NCBI GenBank assembly: GCA_004022145.1
Contig: RCNU01000009.1
Strand: one strand, 5' to 3'
Length of the DNA stretch: 64,000 nt
Source of the DNA: Paecilomyces variotii
Lineage: Eukaryota
A program made the position numbers and the translations under genes. Numbering within the stretch: the first letter of the stretch is position 1; each line of letters starts with the position of its first letter. Below, piece after piece: positions 1 through 12,895 of the stretch. The notes beneath the pieces were generated by a model, which made no database searches, was not told the origin of the DNA, and was given only the letters and a program-made list of their open reading frames with translations.

Positions 1-1
1 C

Positions 2-1181
2 AATAGACAGGCCCAGGCTGCCTTCCGCGAGCGGCGCACAGAGTACATCAAGCAGTTGGAGACGACCATTAAGCATAATGAGGAGACGCTCCAGTCTCTA
101 CAGCAGAGTCACCGTAGTGCAGCAGACGAATGTCTGATGTTGCGATATAAGAATTCGCTGCTGGAGAGAATTCTGCTGGAGAAAGGTAATCGACCGCTAC
201 CCTACCGCCTCATGGCGACATTTTCTACGCCGGAGAGAGGGAGCTAACCAGTCATCTAGGTATTGATGTACAGGCAGAATTGCGTCTGAAGAGTGCTGCG
301 CCGGGCATGGCGCCGGTCAAGCCCAACACGATGGTACCAAAACAGCCGGCGCCCCTGGACCGTACGGCAATTCACAGGAATTCCCTTACCAGGCAAAAGG
401 CTGGAATTGTTCCTAAGCCGGACCTGCCAGGATTGTCCCAGCAGCACCGTGAAGGTGCTTACGGTGTGCAGTCACCTCAACTCCAGCCGACTCCCTCCTC
501 TCACGTCTCCTCGCCATCGACAGCCAGATCCCCCGGGTTTGGCTTGTCGGGCGCAATGTCTCCAACGAGCACCGAATTCCAGACACAGCAGCAGCAGCAG
601 CAGCAGCAACATGGCCGTCCGCCGTTACTCCCTCAGCAGCGAAGCTTTAATCAAGGCCCGTCATCGATGGGAATGGCCAGTTCGGATTCCATGGAGCCCG
701 CCACGTCGCAATCGATGATGTCCGGTGGTACAGCGCCAATCGCTTCCCGCATGTCATCGGCGTACTATCCGTCACCATTCCAAAAGCATTATGACCAACT
801 AGGCAAGCTGTCCCGTCCCTTCCCTTGTTCTACCCCCATAGTGCTCTGTTCGTCCTAGGTTGATTCCTTTATACAGAGCAGGAGTACGACGCCCAAGCTG
901 ACCTGCTCGACGACCACGACCAAGACGACACAGTGAACGCCGGTTCCTTCGTACCCGATTTCAACCAGCCTCCCGCCCCGAACGGCTCACGGCGATTAGG
1001 GATGCCGCCTCATTTCAACTCGCAGACCGGAGAAGTCGACCAGAACGCTTACGGTGGGAGCAATAATCCTCTCTTCGGACAATACGAACCGATGCTCGAC
1101 ACGGATCCGTTTGGTCTCAACGCAAGCATGCACTTTCAGACCCCGTACAGTTACGAGCAGAACCAACATCTCCGGCAATGA
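2..1181 (+). CDS. bZIP transcription factor (5' end outside window); exons <2-185, 260-802, 877-1181
   Basis: The frame from nt 2 reads NRQAQAAFRERRTEYIKQLETTIKHNEETLQSL (basic region plus zipper). GT-AG intron 186-259 restores EKGIDVQAELR. GC-AG intron 803-876 restores YDQLEQEYDAQAD in frame with ORF 933-1181. Contains a polyQ tract. Confidence 0.9.
586..609 (+). repeat. (CAG)n trinucleotide repeat encoding polyQ
   Basis: cagcagcag... run inside the bZIP coding exon. Confidence 0.9.
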
Positions 1182-2027
1182 AAGTGGCCAAACAGGACGC
1201 TGCCACGAGATGATCTTCACTTTCGCCTGTATACCATTTTTTTTACACTATTGTTTATTTTTCAATTCCCTCTTGTTCCGGTGGCCACGTCATATTCCTG
1301 GGAGACGGAAAGACAAAAGAAAAGTTCTATACCAACGCATTGCTGGGCGTTTAGGGTTGATACCATTTTGATGTTGTTTCTCAGCTGGAGAATCTCCAGG
1401 TAACGCTGTTTTTCCTCTTCTCTTCTCTTCTGGGGTTGTTCTTTTTTTTCCGTAAGTTGGGACGATGGCTTCTCTCTCTCTCGTATGACATACATGATGA
1501 TGGACGTGTACATACATACTCTAGCAGTACCATAGCCATTGCGGGGATCAGAGTAAAGAAAACAGGAATAACAATACAATGAGATATTATTTTAAATGAT
1601 TCTATATTATTATTTTCCATACTGTATGATGCTGGAGTTCAGCAATGTAATAATAATATAATAATGATCATGATCATGATCATGATAATAAGAACTAATG
1701 ACAACCCCGCAGAAAGAATAATACCCTAAGCCCTAACCTGGCAGCGGCAAACCAACCGAAGGAATTATTCGCTTAGCACCGATTCCACCTTACTCCTTTG
1801 GCTTCCAGCTCCTCTGGCGGCCACAACCACAGAAGGTCTAACCTATCCAGCCCGCATCTCACCTTCACCAACCCCCCTTCCTACCACCTCCCATCCAACC
1901 ACTCCCCACGAGGCTGAATTCCTATCTCTCCAGGGTTCTGCCTTGCTGACCTCCCCCGTTCAGCTCTTTCTCGAATTGTTGCGATAACAGACAGCCTTCC
2001 CAGGAAGGCATCATAAAGCCAGACGTC

Positions 2028-3338
2028 ATGACGGACGTCCGGTCCAAGGTACGACAGCTCCTCGTCGACCCCCTTGTCACTGCTGCAAATTGAGTCGCAT
2101 CCTGCTCGTCAATCGTCTCGTACTCAATGCTAACGACCTCTTCTTTGCGCAGAACCTCTACGAGCTTCTTGGTAATTCACCCAATTCCTCCCCGTTGCGT
2201 TGCCTTTCGTACTTCTACTCTGCGATATCCTCGTTATCACGATTACATCATCATCATATCTGACCTTTGTCGCTCTTGCGATGCTTTACAGGCAATGACC
2301 CTGAGCTCGACCCCGACAGACCCGCCGACCCTCCCACGCGGGCTATAGATAAGGCTGCTCCTCGTCATGGCAAGCGTGATGCCCCCAAGGAGGCTCCCAG
2401 CGCCCCTCGCGGCGGGGCTCCTCGCAACAACCGTGGTGCTCAGTCCGGCAACGAAGGAGGTACGTGCTCGTCCCGTCCCCACGAGACTCCAATATCTCTA
2501 TATGAAAAGATGCTTCTTGCGCCGTTCCGCCAATGGTCCTCTATTGTGATGTCGCTGACATCTGAATTTCTCCAGCTTTCCGTGACCGTGAGGCCGGTAG
2601 CTACAACAACCGCAGCAGGCCCGTAGACGAGCACAAGGAGGCTCAGCGCCGTGCATTCCGTGCTCGCGACGACCGCGGTGAGCGTGTGCGCAACGACCGT
2701 CACCCCCGCAGCGGTCACGGGTAAGGGATTCCTCGTCGTCCAGTCGCATTTTGCAGGAATACTAATGAAGGTACAGTGACACCCACAAGAAGATCGACCA
2801 GGGCTGGGGTGCCACCAGTGGCGAGAAGGAATGGACCGATGAGAAGGCCGGTGAGGCCGTCGCCCAGGCTGACGAGAACGAGCCTCAGACCCCCGCTGAG
2901 GAGGAGCCCAGCGACAAGAACAAGTCCTATGCTGCTTACCTCGCCGAACTGGCTGAGAAGAAGAACCAGGAGCTTGGTGTCAAGGAGGCCCGTGCCCCTA
3001 ACGAGGGTACCAAGGTCGACCCCAAGTGGGCTCAGGCCAAGCCGCTGAAGCGCGATGAGGAGGAGGATGCTTACATCAAGGGCACCAAGGAGGAAAAGAG
3101 CAAGCGTGAGAAGCAGCGCAAGGAGAAGAACCTCCTTGAGGTTGACATGCGCTTCGTCGAGGCTCCCCGCGGCCGTGGTGATGGACCCCGTGGCCGTGGC
3201 CGTGGCGGTCGTGGACGTGGTGGCCGTGGTGACGGTCCCCGTACTGGCGGTCGTGGTGACGGCCCTCGTACTGGTGGTCGTGGTGGTAACAACGGCCCTA
3301 CCGTCGACGAGAAGAACTTCCCCAGTCTCGGCGCATAA
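2028..3338 (+). CDS. STM1: Stm1-like ribosome/G4-binding protein (HABP4/PAI-RBP1 family); exons 2028-2048, 2153-2171, 2292-2459, 2576-2720, 2777-3338
   Basis: The spliced product starts MTDVRSKNLYELLGNDPELDP and contains DRHPRSG and GWG motifs, RGG/GRG repeats and the C-terminal DEKNFPSLGA. All four introns are GT-AG and preserve frame. Strong codon bias. Confidence 0.9.
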
Positions 3339-3751
3339 GCTACTGGCTAGATGCGGTATCCGTTTTCTAGTCAAACAAGCGACGATGAACAACTGACCGC
3401 TCTTTCCAAGTCGTGGCTAGCCAGACTCAAACTGAAGTCCGACCTAATAAATAATGGCGGACCCTCTTTTATTGTCTGCTCTTTACTCGATGAGGTTGAA
3501 AGGCATCGACAGGAGTTTGACACCTAAAATCCAGCTTTGTTATGTGAAATCAAGTGAACCTGACGCTTTTTTTTTGTCTCTATTTCCATTTCCCCGTTAT
3601 CTCTTCTTACGTCATCTTGAAAAGTATCTTGAAGGATGCAAGCTCCCGGCAGGCGTCCAGCTACGGTAATGTTTGCTCTTTCAGGGTCTGTAGAATAGGC
3701 GGGCTGCGGCAGCAGACAAATGGAAATTTGATTACAAAACTCCATCTAGTA

Positions 3752-3778
3752 ACTACTACTACTAATAGTAGTAGTAGT
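3752..3778. repeat. Perfect palindrome of (CTA)n/(TAG)n, 13 bp arms with 1 nt spacer
   Basis: ACTACTACTACTA-A-TAGTAGTAGTAGT. Confidence 0.85.
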
Positions 3779-4185
3779 AGGCTTAAGTGTTGTGTTTCCC
3801 TATTGGCAGTGGTACAAAATAACCGTTAGCCAGCGTATATCTTGTGTTCTCCAAGTAAGTATATACTGTAATATTCGGGAGGACCTGTGAATCCGGTTAG
3901 CCTTGCCGCTTGCGGTACTGTATGGTCGCCCGATACGCCGTCGCAACCTCCAAGTATATAAGACCTGATAATGTTTTTGTTCCTTTGCACTACATATTTA
4001 GGAGAACTGTGGCTTCCGTCCCCTCTTCCTATGGCTCGAAAAGTCTCCCTTCAAGGTGCAATGGAGGAAAGCTCAATTATCTTAAAAGTTTTCGAATTGA
4101 ATCAAGGGATGATGACTCTTGTTTGTAGCCTCGTAAATGTTCCTCTTCCGTATCATCTCACCAGACAGAAATTACGGACTACTTA

Positions 4186-5608
<1,423 letters not shown>

Positions 5609-6516
5609 TTAATTTGAATGGAGCATGTGTACTCAAGGCGATTATTTTTGGATGCTTGTAGGATGGGCAAAAGTTGAAGTCTCCCTAGGTAGGTACTTTG
5701 GAATTACATAGGGTAAGTTAGGTACCTAGAGAAAGGATTCAGTGCTCTCCCCAGATGATACGCCCTGCGGGCGTCCGAGTAATTAACGATTCCAAAACGA
5801 GAAACCCGTCCCCCTATTACTTTTCAGCTCCGTAAATAATAGTACAAGTAGATGCATCGCAGGATTCTAATCGGGACGAAGATCAGATGCTAGCCTATCA
5901 AACTGTTACTGATTTCCCCACCAGCCAACAACAATCCTACTAGGTATCCGTGACTGTTAGCTCACCCACGACGGCAGAAGTGGGTGAGCCCTGGCGTAGT
6001 TTGGATTTTTACTCTTCTACCAACGATTAATGAGGTAAATATATTCAAATTCAACGTTAATGCCACTGACACCGATAAGTTTCTCAGTCTTATTAATCAA
6101 CGCTTCTGGTCAATTAATATTTTTATCGTCTTTCCTATATCTAAAACCTTACTATTGTTAACATAATAACTAACATATTGATTTCGCTATTCACTGCCAT
6201 TGAATATGATATTATATTCAACTACCCTATTCATATCTCCATCTAATACCCCCTGAATAGATGAACTACCTCTATTCAATATTTTCAAATATAAAAACCC
6301 AATATTCCCAATATATCCTCCTTTAACGAACAAAAATAAAAAAACAAGAACATCATCCGAACAAACTGAACATATTTAATCCTAAGCTCGCTCGCGCTGA
6401 AAGCTATATCTATCTATCCATCTATCCACCTACCTCATCATAGAACCATACTACCATACACATCCCGGAGTGAGTTCTCAAAGACTATAAAAACCAACCG
6501 ACCGACCAACCCGAGC

Positions 6517-6923
6517 ATGTCTTCCGGTCCTGTCTTCATGAATCAAGGTATATATATATATTATCTTTCATGGCGCCCAACCCCAACACCTCTAAATCCC
6601 CAGGAAACATACATATATATAAATATGTGACCATGAAGATAAGATAAAACTAACCAACTACAGAAAACACCCGCACCGATATCGTGTTCCTCCCCGAGAC
6701 GGTTTCAGCCTATAATACTCGCTACTGCGAGGGATTACTCCGGGGAGGGGTCATTTTCCCGTGTGTGATATATGTTCGGCGGCCTCCGAGCGCGGAGGAG
6801 GTGAGGGTCCGAAGGGCCCTTAAGAAAAAGGGAATTGGGGAGGGGAAAGGACAGGGAGACATTGCGGTGGAGGTACTTGTGTGGATGTTTAAGAAGATGG
6901 TATTGGAAGAAGGCGATGAATAA
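6517..6923 (+). CDS. Small orphan protein (96 aa); exons 6517-6547, 6664-6923
   Basis: ATG at 6517 with TATAAAA ~30 nt upstream. The intron has a GTATAT donor at 6548, a CTAAC branch point and a CAG acceptor at 6663. Splicing is in frame with ORF 6684-6923. Confidence 0.55.
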
Positions 6924-7248
6924 ATTTATAGGTGGAGAAATGGGGAGAAGAGGTTGGGGGGGGGGGATTTTGTTTCTACGTTGAAGAGATTTGAATCTCG
7001 AAACTTAATCGTTAAGCAATAACGGCTTTTGTATTCGATTGTGTCAGCAGCTATGCTATAGGTGTTGTTTTTGGGTTTGCTTTATCGGATAGCATAAGGA
7101 TAAATAAACATCTCCGTCCAACAGAGGGCACCGTAGCCAAAGCGAAGGTCCTGAGACAAAGGCGACACCACCTCTGCTGCTGAGGATATTGAATATACAA
7201 AAAAATAAGCAAGATGCAGCGAGTCTATGTCGTGGCCCTCTGTTCTGT

Positions 7249-9990
7249 TTATAGCTCGTCATCTTCATAGGGATCATTTATATACTCGGAGGAACCGGAG
7301 GTGAACTCAGCAGCTGCGCGTGCAGCAGCAGCCCAGTCGGCGCGGCTCTCACGCAACGAGTTGCTCACTCCACCATCGTCATCCAGGAATGACAGTCCGT
7401 CCATGGCGCGTCCGCCACAAGCTCGCTGGAGGGCCAAGAAGGCGAAGTGACCACCCACGACAGGGCGAGCAAAGAAGTTCGGTCCTGGGAACCCACCATC
7501 TCCCTCTGTATTATGGAGATCAGTGAATGGGCGATCCGTCACCGTTTCGTTGATCCATGTTGCAACAGATTCCAGGATCTCACTGCGGACATTCTCGCTG
7601 GACACTGCCATGGAAAAGAATTCCCAGTCGGTCTTGGTGTAGAGGTGACGGCTGTCCAGAGACAAGCCATACTTCTGACGCACGTAGTGGTACCAGGTAG
7701 ACTGCTTCTCGTAGATATGTCTCGGGACGAATCCGATCTTCTTGGAAGACAGAGGCACCTGCGTAGTGCCTGAGGCAGCAAGGCTCTGTTCTGTGCCATC
7801 CAGATGGAAGCACAAGAGAGCATCGGCGTAAAGATTGTACAGAGTGGTCCACGAGCCATACCAGTTGTAAGCCAGCTTAGCATGGGTCTTGTCTCTCGAC
7901 ATAGCGAATTCTTCCCACTTGGCGATGTACGTATCGGATATATTCTGGATCAAGTTAGGACGTAATCAACAGAAAAGTGATCAATAGAAATATACGTACC
8001 TTATAGTACTGGACATCCTCCGGAATTCCAGCTACTTCAGAGATCTGGCTCATGGCGTTGATACCGATGATACCCTTCAGGGCCAAGTTTGTCTGCAGGG
8101 CAAGCCAGCCGGCGAAGTCATCCGTCGAAACTAGATTCCAGGGGGTCAGTAAGCTAGACTCATGCGAAGTACAGAAAGATACATACGTTGGTTGGCAGGT
8201 TCCAGCGAATAGTCAACTAGATAGCCGGTCCACTGCTTCCATAGGCGGTAGGTCCTATCGACCCATTTCTTTGCCAGATGCACACCCTCCTTCGGACCGC
8301 CCCATTTGCCATCCTGATGGTTTATTCCAGAAACAGCCTGGAGGTCAGTCAGTGGGAACAGGCTCGACTCGCTCTCAGCCATGACTCGAGTCGGTGCGCC
8401 GTGAGCAGCCCATCTCGATGACGCCTGGTCATCGGCTGAGTAACGGAGAGAGTTGACGAGAGCCAAGCCCATGATAAGAATATTTCCACACTCCTCCACG
8501 GGCATATATTCGTCCCGGCCGTCTGGATGTCCAGTCGCATTCGGGAAATGTGTTCCAAGGTCATGCATGGCATATGTGTTGGGGTATTGTCCACTGAGCA
8601 TATGCTCAATCAACGGCTCCAGAAGGTATGCCAGCCAACGAGGGCTAGTGTACAAAAAGAACGGGAATGCCGGGAAGATGACATCGATAGTCTGAAAGTT
8701 GCCGTTTGAAGAGATCTCCTTCAAAAACAGAATCGGATCCTCGTCCGTTCCAGAGAAACTGGTCGCACCCATAATCTGTCGTGCGGACAGGGCAACAATG
8801 TCTACGTAGTCCTCTGCTCCAGACTCGTAAGCATCAATGGCCAATTGGTCGGAGTAGTTCGATGCCAGCGCACTGGCATGAGCAAAGTCCGCATAGTGGA
8901 ACGACAGAAGGCTGTCCTCGGTTCCGAACCAGGACTTCCAGAGAGGTCGCATTAATGTCAGTCCACGTGCTGAGGCATATTGGACGACCGGGTCCTGGAT
9001 GTGAGAGATCGTGAAGGTGACACTGCCGGTTGTGACGCCGCCAGTTGAGTTCAGCTGGAACTCCTTCGCAAAGGAAAAGACGGGCTCCTGGTCCATGACG
9101 CCACGGAACTTCTGGTCGTTGACGTTCCGCAGGGTGCCTGTCTTTGCGAAGCGCTGTCTGAGAAGGGCAGAGGTTCCGGACTCATGTTGAGCATCCTGTC
9201 TCACTTTTAGCAATTGGAAATACCAGTAAGACATTTCCGGACGATACTTACAGCAGGCCCGACGAAGTGCAGAGTTCCCCATTCCGCGCGATCGTTGATC
9301 TCCGACAACAGCAACTCTCCCTGTCTCTTAACCTGCCATTTCTTGAGGCTGCTGCTCTCACCTCCCTGTGCAACGAGATGGTCGAATCCCCAGACGATCT
9401 GGCTGCCGCGATCTCCGCTCACCCATTGTCCATTGACATCAATGTAGACATTCACGTCAAAGTCGCCTTGGACATATACGGTCACATAGGATGCCGGAAT
9501 GGACTGGCGCAGGGTCGATGTGGGTGTGATGGGAGACAGGAACGAGACAGTGAGCTCGAGCGGGTAGCCATTCGGGGAAGGGGAAGGGATCTGGTATGTC
9601 AGGTTCGTGGTAGAGGCATCATACTTGGTCCCTACAAAGACTGGGTACGAGACATTATATCTGCTCTGGTCAGTTTCTGCCTGATATTGTCCAAGATCAT
9701 CTGCCATACCCATCTTTGTGTCCAACGGGCAGCAAGGAATCATGAGGCCTGCCCAGCAATGGATAGACGAGACCGGTACTGGGGACCTGGGCCATCAACG
9801 AGAGACCGACATCCTCTCCGGTATAGAACATGGGCCATTTCTCCCATGGCTCATCACGGGCATTTCCCAGCCAAGTGCTGAGATAGGGATTGCGGACAAT
9901 CAAGGGAAGGACGGGGGGAGTCAGTCTCGAGGCCTCTCCCAGGGCCGTGTGCAGCAGGGTTGCTGCCAGAGCAACGAGAGACCACCGCAT
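7249..9990 (-). CDS. Secreted glutaminase GtaA-family protein, multi-exon
   Basis: Signal peptide MRWSLVALAATLLHTALG followed by PPVLPLIVRNPYLSTW, FLSPITP, FLKEISSNGNFQTIDV, HDLGTHFPNATGH, MPVEECGN, TDDFAG..QTNLALKG, YTKTDWE and RPVVGGHFA, all typical of the GtaA family. Confidence 0.9.
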
Positions 9991-11194
9991 CGTGCCAGCT
10001 TCACCAGGAACGACGGGCAATGATGATACAGTGGCAGATAAGATAAAGCCTCAATAGGGATGCATTAGAGAAAATGACCCAAAGAACGATGAAACCAGCA
10101 GGTTTGGGGGAAGGGGAGAGCTGGCTGGCTTAAGGAGAGGCGAGCAAGTATGAGTGGAGAGGCTGGGCCTGGTGAGGTCATGCGGAGTCTCAGACTTGCC
10201 GTGGCTGCGCAGATCGGCGGTTCTTGGGGCTCTCTGCTGCGCGGAGATGTAAATAGTTAATAGTTAATATCTATTTTGTATATCTTTATGTATTCTCGAC
10301 TGTAGAGTAGACTGCTTTGGGTCTGTTTTGAAGAGGATAGATACACTGGAACTCTGATTGAAGCGAGTCTCTGGAGTACTGCAGGGTTGTGGATACCAGT
10401 TACCGCCAGACCGATCACTTCCAATATCCAATATCTATAACTCGACAATGCCAAACTGCTGAGAAGATAAGAATCATCCGAATAACCATGGACAAAGCTC
10501 GTGCTCCGTAACTCAGTCAAACTACTAGAGTAATTGTTGCCATGAAGTTCCCTCTATCCCCTATCCTGTATCGTGGAGTCAGGATGCGATACCTGTCTCC
10601 CAAGAATGATCGACCGCAGTATTTATGTCCTGCAGTAGTAGTTAGTCGCGCCAGAAGCCTGATCTAACCGGTTATTGTGCAATGTGTAATGTGTATTATG
10701 GACGCGATGAAGTACAGCGTGCCCAATCTCCAGGTCGTTTCAAAGCTTCCCCGGAATGGGACCATGGGAAAGCTTCGCATGGCGCTCCTTCAGACACGTG
10801 TGTAGCAGCTTGGAATCCTCATTCCAATCGACGTCAACGCGCCTTGCCCGGAGAAATGGCAGATGAACCCCATATCAACGCTAATGACACGATGTAGGAT
10901 AGAGAAAGTGCAGTCCGTAGCATCCATTGTCCAAGCCGTCGAAGCAGCCTGGACAAAGAAACCTTGTTGGACCGTCAACCCATTATCATTACCGACTACT
11001 CTCAGCGGTAACTAATGCTTCAATATCTCGCAATGGATAAATCTGTGGAAATAATGATAAGTCATCTGGCAGTCCAGGTAACTAATCTCGAACCTGCTAT
11101 TGACAAGCTGTGCGCTCGTCGAACAGAAACCAGGACCCTGCAGATGGGCATCCTGCTAGCTCGCTGAGCTCACACATCCCGTCCAACACGCAAC

Positions 11195-11426
11195 CGCGCC
11201 AAACGACTGCACGAAATCGACTACAAAAGGACGCCATCGAAGCGTTTCGAGTCGCCCGTAGACGCGTAGAGACGAGCAGACGTGGTGCAGCAACACGGAC
11301 ACGCTCAACGTGGATGGATTGTGATGGCCCAAGCTCGACTCCACCCCGCGGTTTTTCCGGGCGGGCATCGCGGGCCTTAGCAGCTCCATACAAAATAGAC
11401 CGTCCACGCGAGCACTACGCGCCGCG
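11195..11426 (+). promoter_or_regulatory. Cluster of MCB/SCB-like G1/S elements
   Basis: CACGAAA 11210-11216, ACGCGT 11262-11267, ACGCGA 11406, ACGCGC 11417, plus CGCG cores at 11195, 11347, 11369 and 11423, upstream of the ATG at 11687. Confidence 0.5.
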
Positions 11427-11686
11427 ATTGTTCATTGCTGCTCCTATTCAGCCGTCAATTGTCCCAATTGACTGATCAGAATTCATCCGATGGTTTTTTA
11501 TTGCCCCTTGCCTTGAATTCTCGTTATAGACTCCCCGCAATCTCTGTATATAGAAAACCGGCCGCGTGCTCGAACTACAGTGCTCCGCAGCACTTCAAAG
11601 CAGCTCTTTCTTTACCTTCTATTATACCCCCGATTGACGAAGGGACCCTATTCCATACCCAATTCACTCCTATACACCTCGATAAC

Positions 11687-12895
11687 ATGGAGCACTCACC
11701 GGTCCGGTTGAGTCCTGTGAAGGATGGCAGACGCGTTTTGGGAGAGAAGACTCCCAACGCGTCGATACTCTCCCCATCGAGGAACCACAAGGCAGACACC
11801 GCAGCAACGACGGCTGTTCCAATGAAGCCTCTACGTGAAGCCCTGTCGCCACGGGTTACTGGATTGTCCCATTATGCTGGCCAGAAGCGGACAATAGACC
11901 ATGTGGAAGAACAAACAGAAAACCCCAGCTCACAACAGAGCCTATCTGCTGCTCTACCACCTTATGAAGAACAGTTCCATATCTTTGACGAAAGCTCTCA
12001 ATCCACAGTGAAGTCTGCTACTATGGTATGTGTTTAGTCTGCACAAGTGAATGTTGGATGCGGATTGCTGATATCAGACCTCTTCAAAGGCCGCTTCACA
12101 ATCCGAACACGAACAGTCCGTTGAGCAACCTGCCGAGCAACCTGCCCATCCACAAGGTCAACAAAGAGAACCGTCACAACTAAGGATGAGCATTTCCCCT
12201 AAGCAAAACAAATCTGAGGCAGACCTGTCTGCCACTTCCGTGCCGTCTGATCCTGACGCGCGCAAAGCATTCATTCAGCAGGTAAGACGGAGATGTCTGA
12301 TTGCTCTCCGGATTCAGCTGACCCTCAGCAGAAAGCAACTCTTCTTCGGGGCAGAATCCAGACCGCGATGAAGCGTGTCAAGGATCCGCAGCTCGACCGC
12401 AGGGTGTCCGAGCTTGAAGCTCACAGCCGTAAGCGTCTGAGATTCTCCATGCCTGCGAGCCCAACAAAGGAAGCTGCAGCTTCGCAGCAGACCGCGAGTT
12501 CGCCAGCCAAGGTCCTCAAGCTTCTTCCGGCTCCCGAACTGAAACCGACTGCGTATTCTGCCCGCTACGTTTCAGACATCCCTTCCTCTCCTCCCGCATC
12601 CGCTGGCGAAGAGCCTCACGACGACATGCCCACGCCCACTCAGAACAATCCGCGCCCAGAACCACGCACTCCCGCAGCGCCCGTGCAGCTGAGCAGTCCG
12701 CCTGGCACTGCGAACCGTGAAGAGAAGACGGAAAAGACAGACAATGCAAAAGAGGAACTCGACGAATCACAGTTTTCGAATTATGTCGATTATATGATAG
12801 CCAAGCGGAGCAGGGACGGTGTTGCGCTCGACGGCTTGATTCAACTCATGAAGACAACCGACAAGTACGATGGTTTGGACATGTGGACTGGATGA
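11687..12895 (+). CDS. Nrm1/Whi5-like G1/S transcriptional corepressor candidate; exons 11687-12025, 12078-12281, 12329/12332-12895
   Basis: Two GT-AG introns preserve frame. N-terminal D-box-like RRVLGEKTPN, GTB-like KATLLRGRIQTAMKRV, many S/T-P sites, C-terminal ALDGLIQLM. Confidence 0.65.

Noticed and set aside
2460..2575. Possible intronic box C/D snoRNA in STM1 intron 3
   Set aside because: Only a degenerate GTGATGT and CTGA a few nt apart, overlapping the branch point; no convincing C/D spacing or terminal stem
2715..3392. 225-aa antisense ORF over STM1 (likewise the antisense ORFs at 9267-9881, 25634-26341, 51495-52277 and 60932-61564)
   Set aside because: Shadow ORFs caused by codon bias of the real gene on the opposite strand
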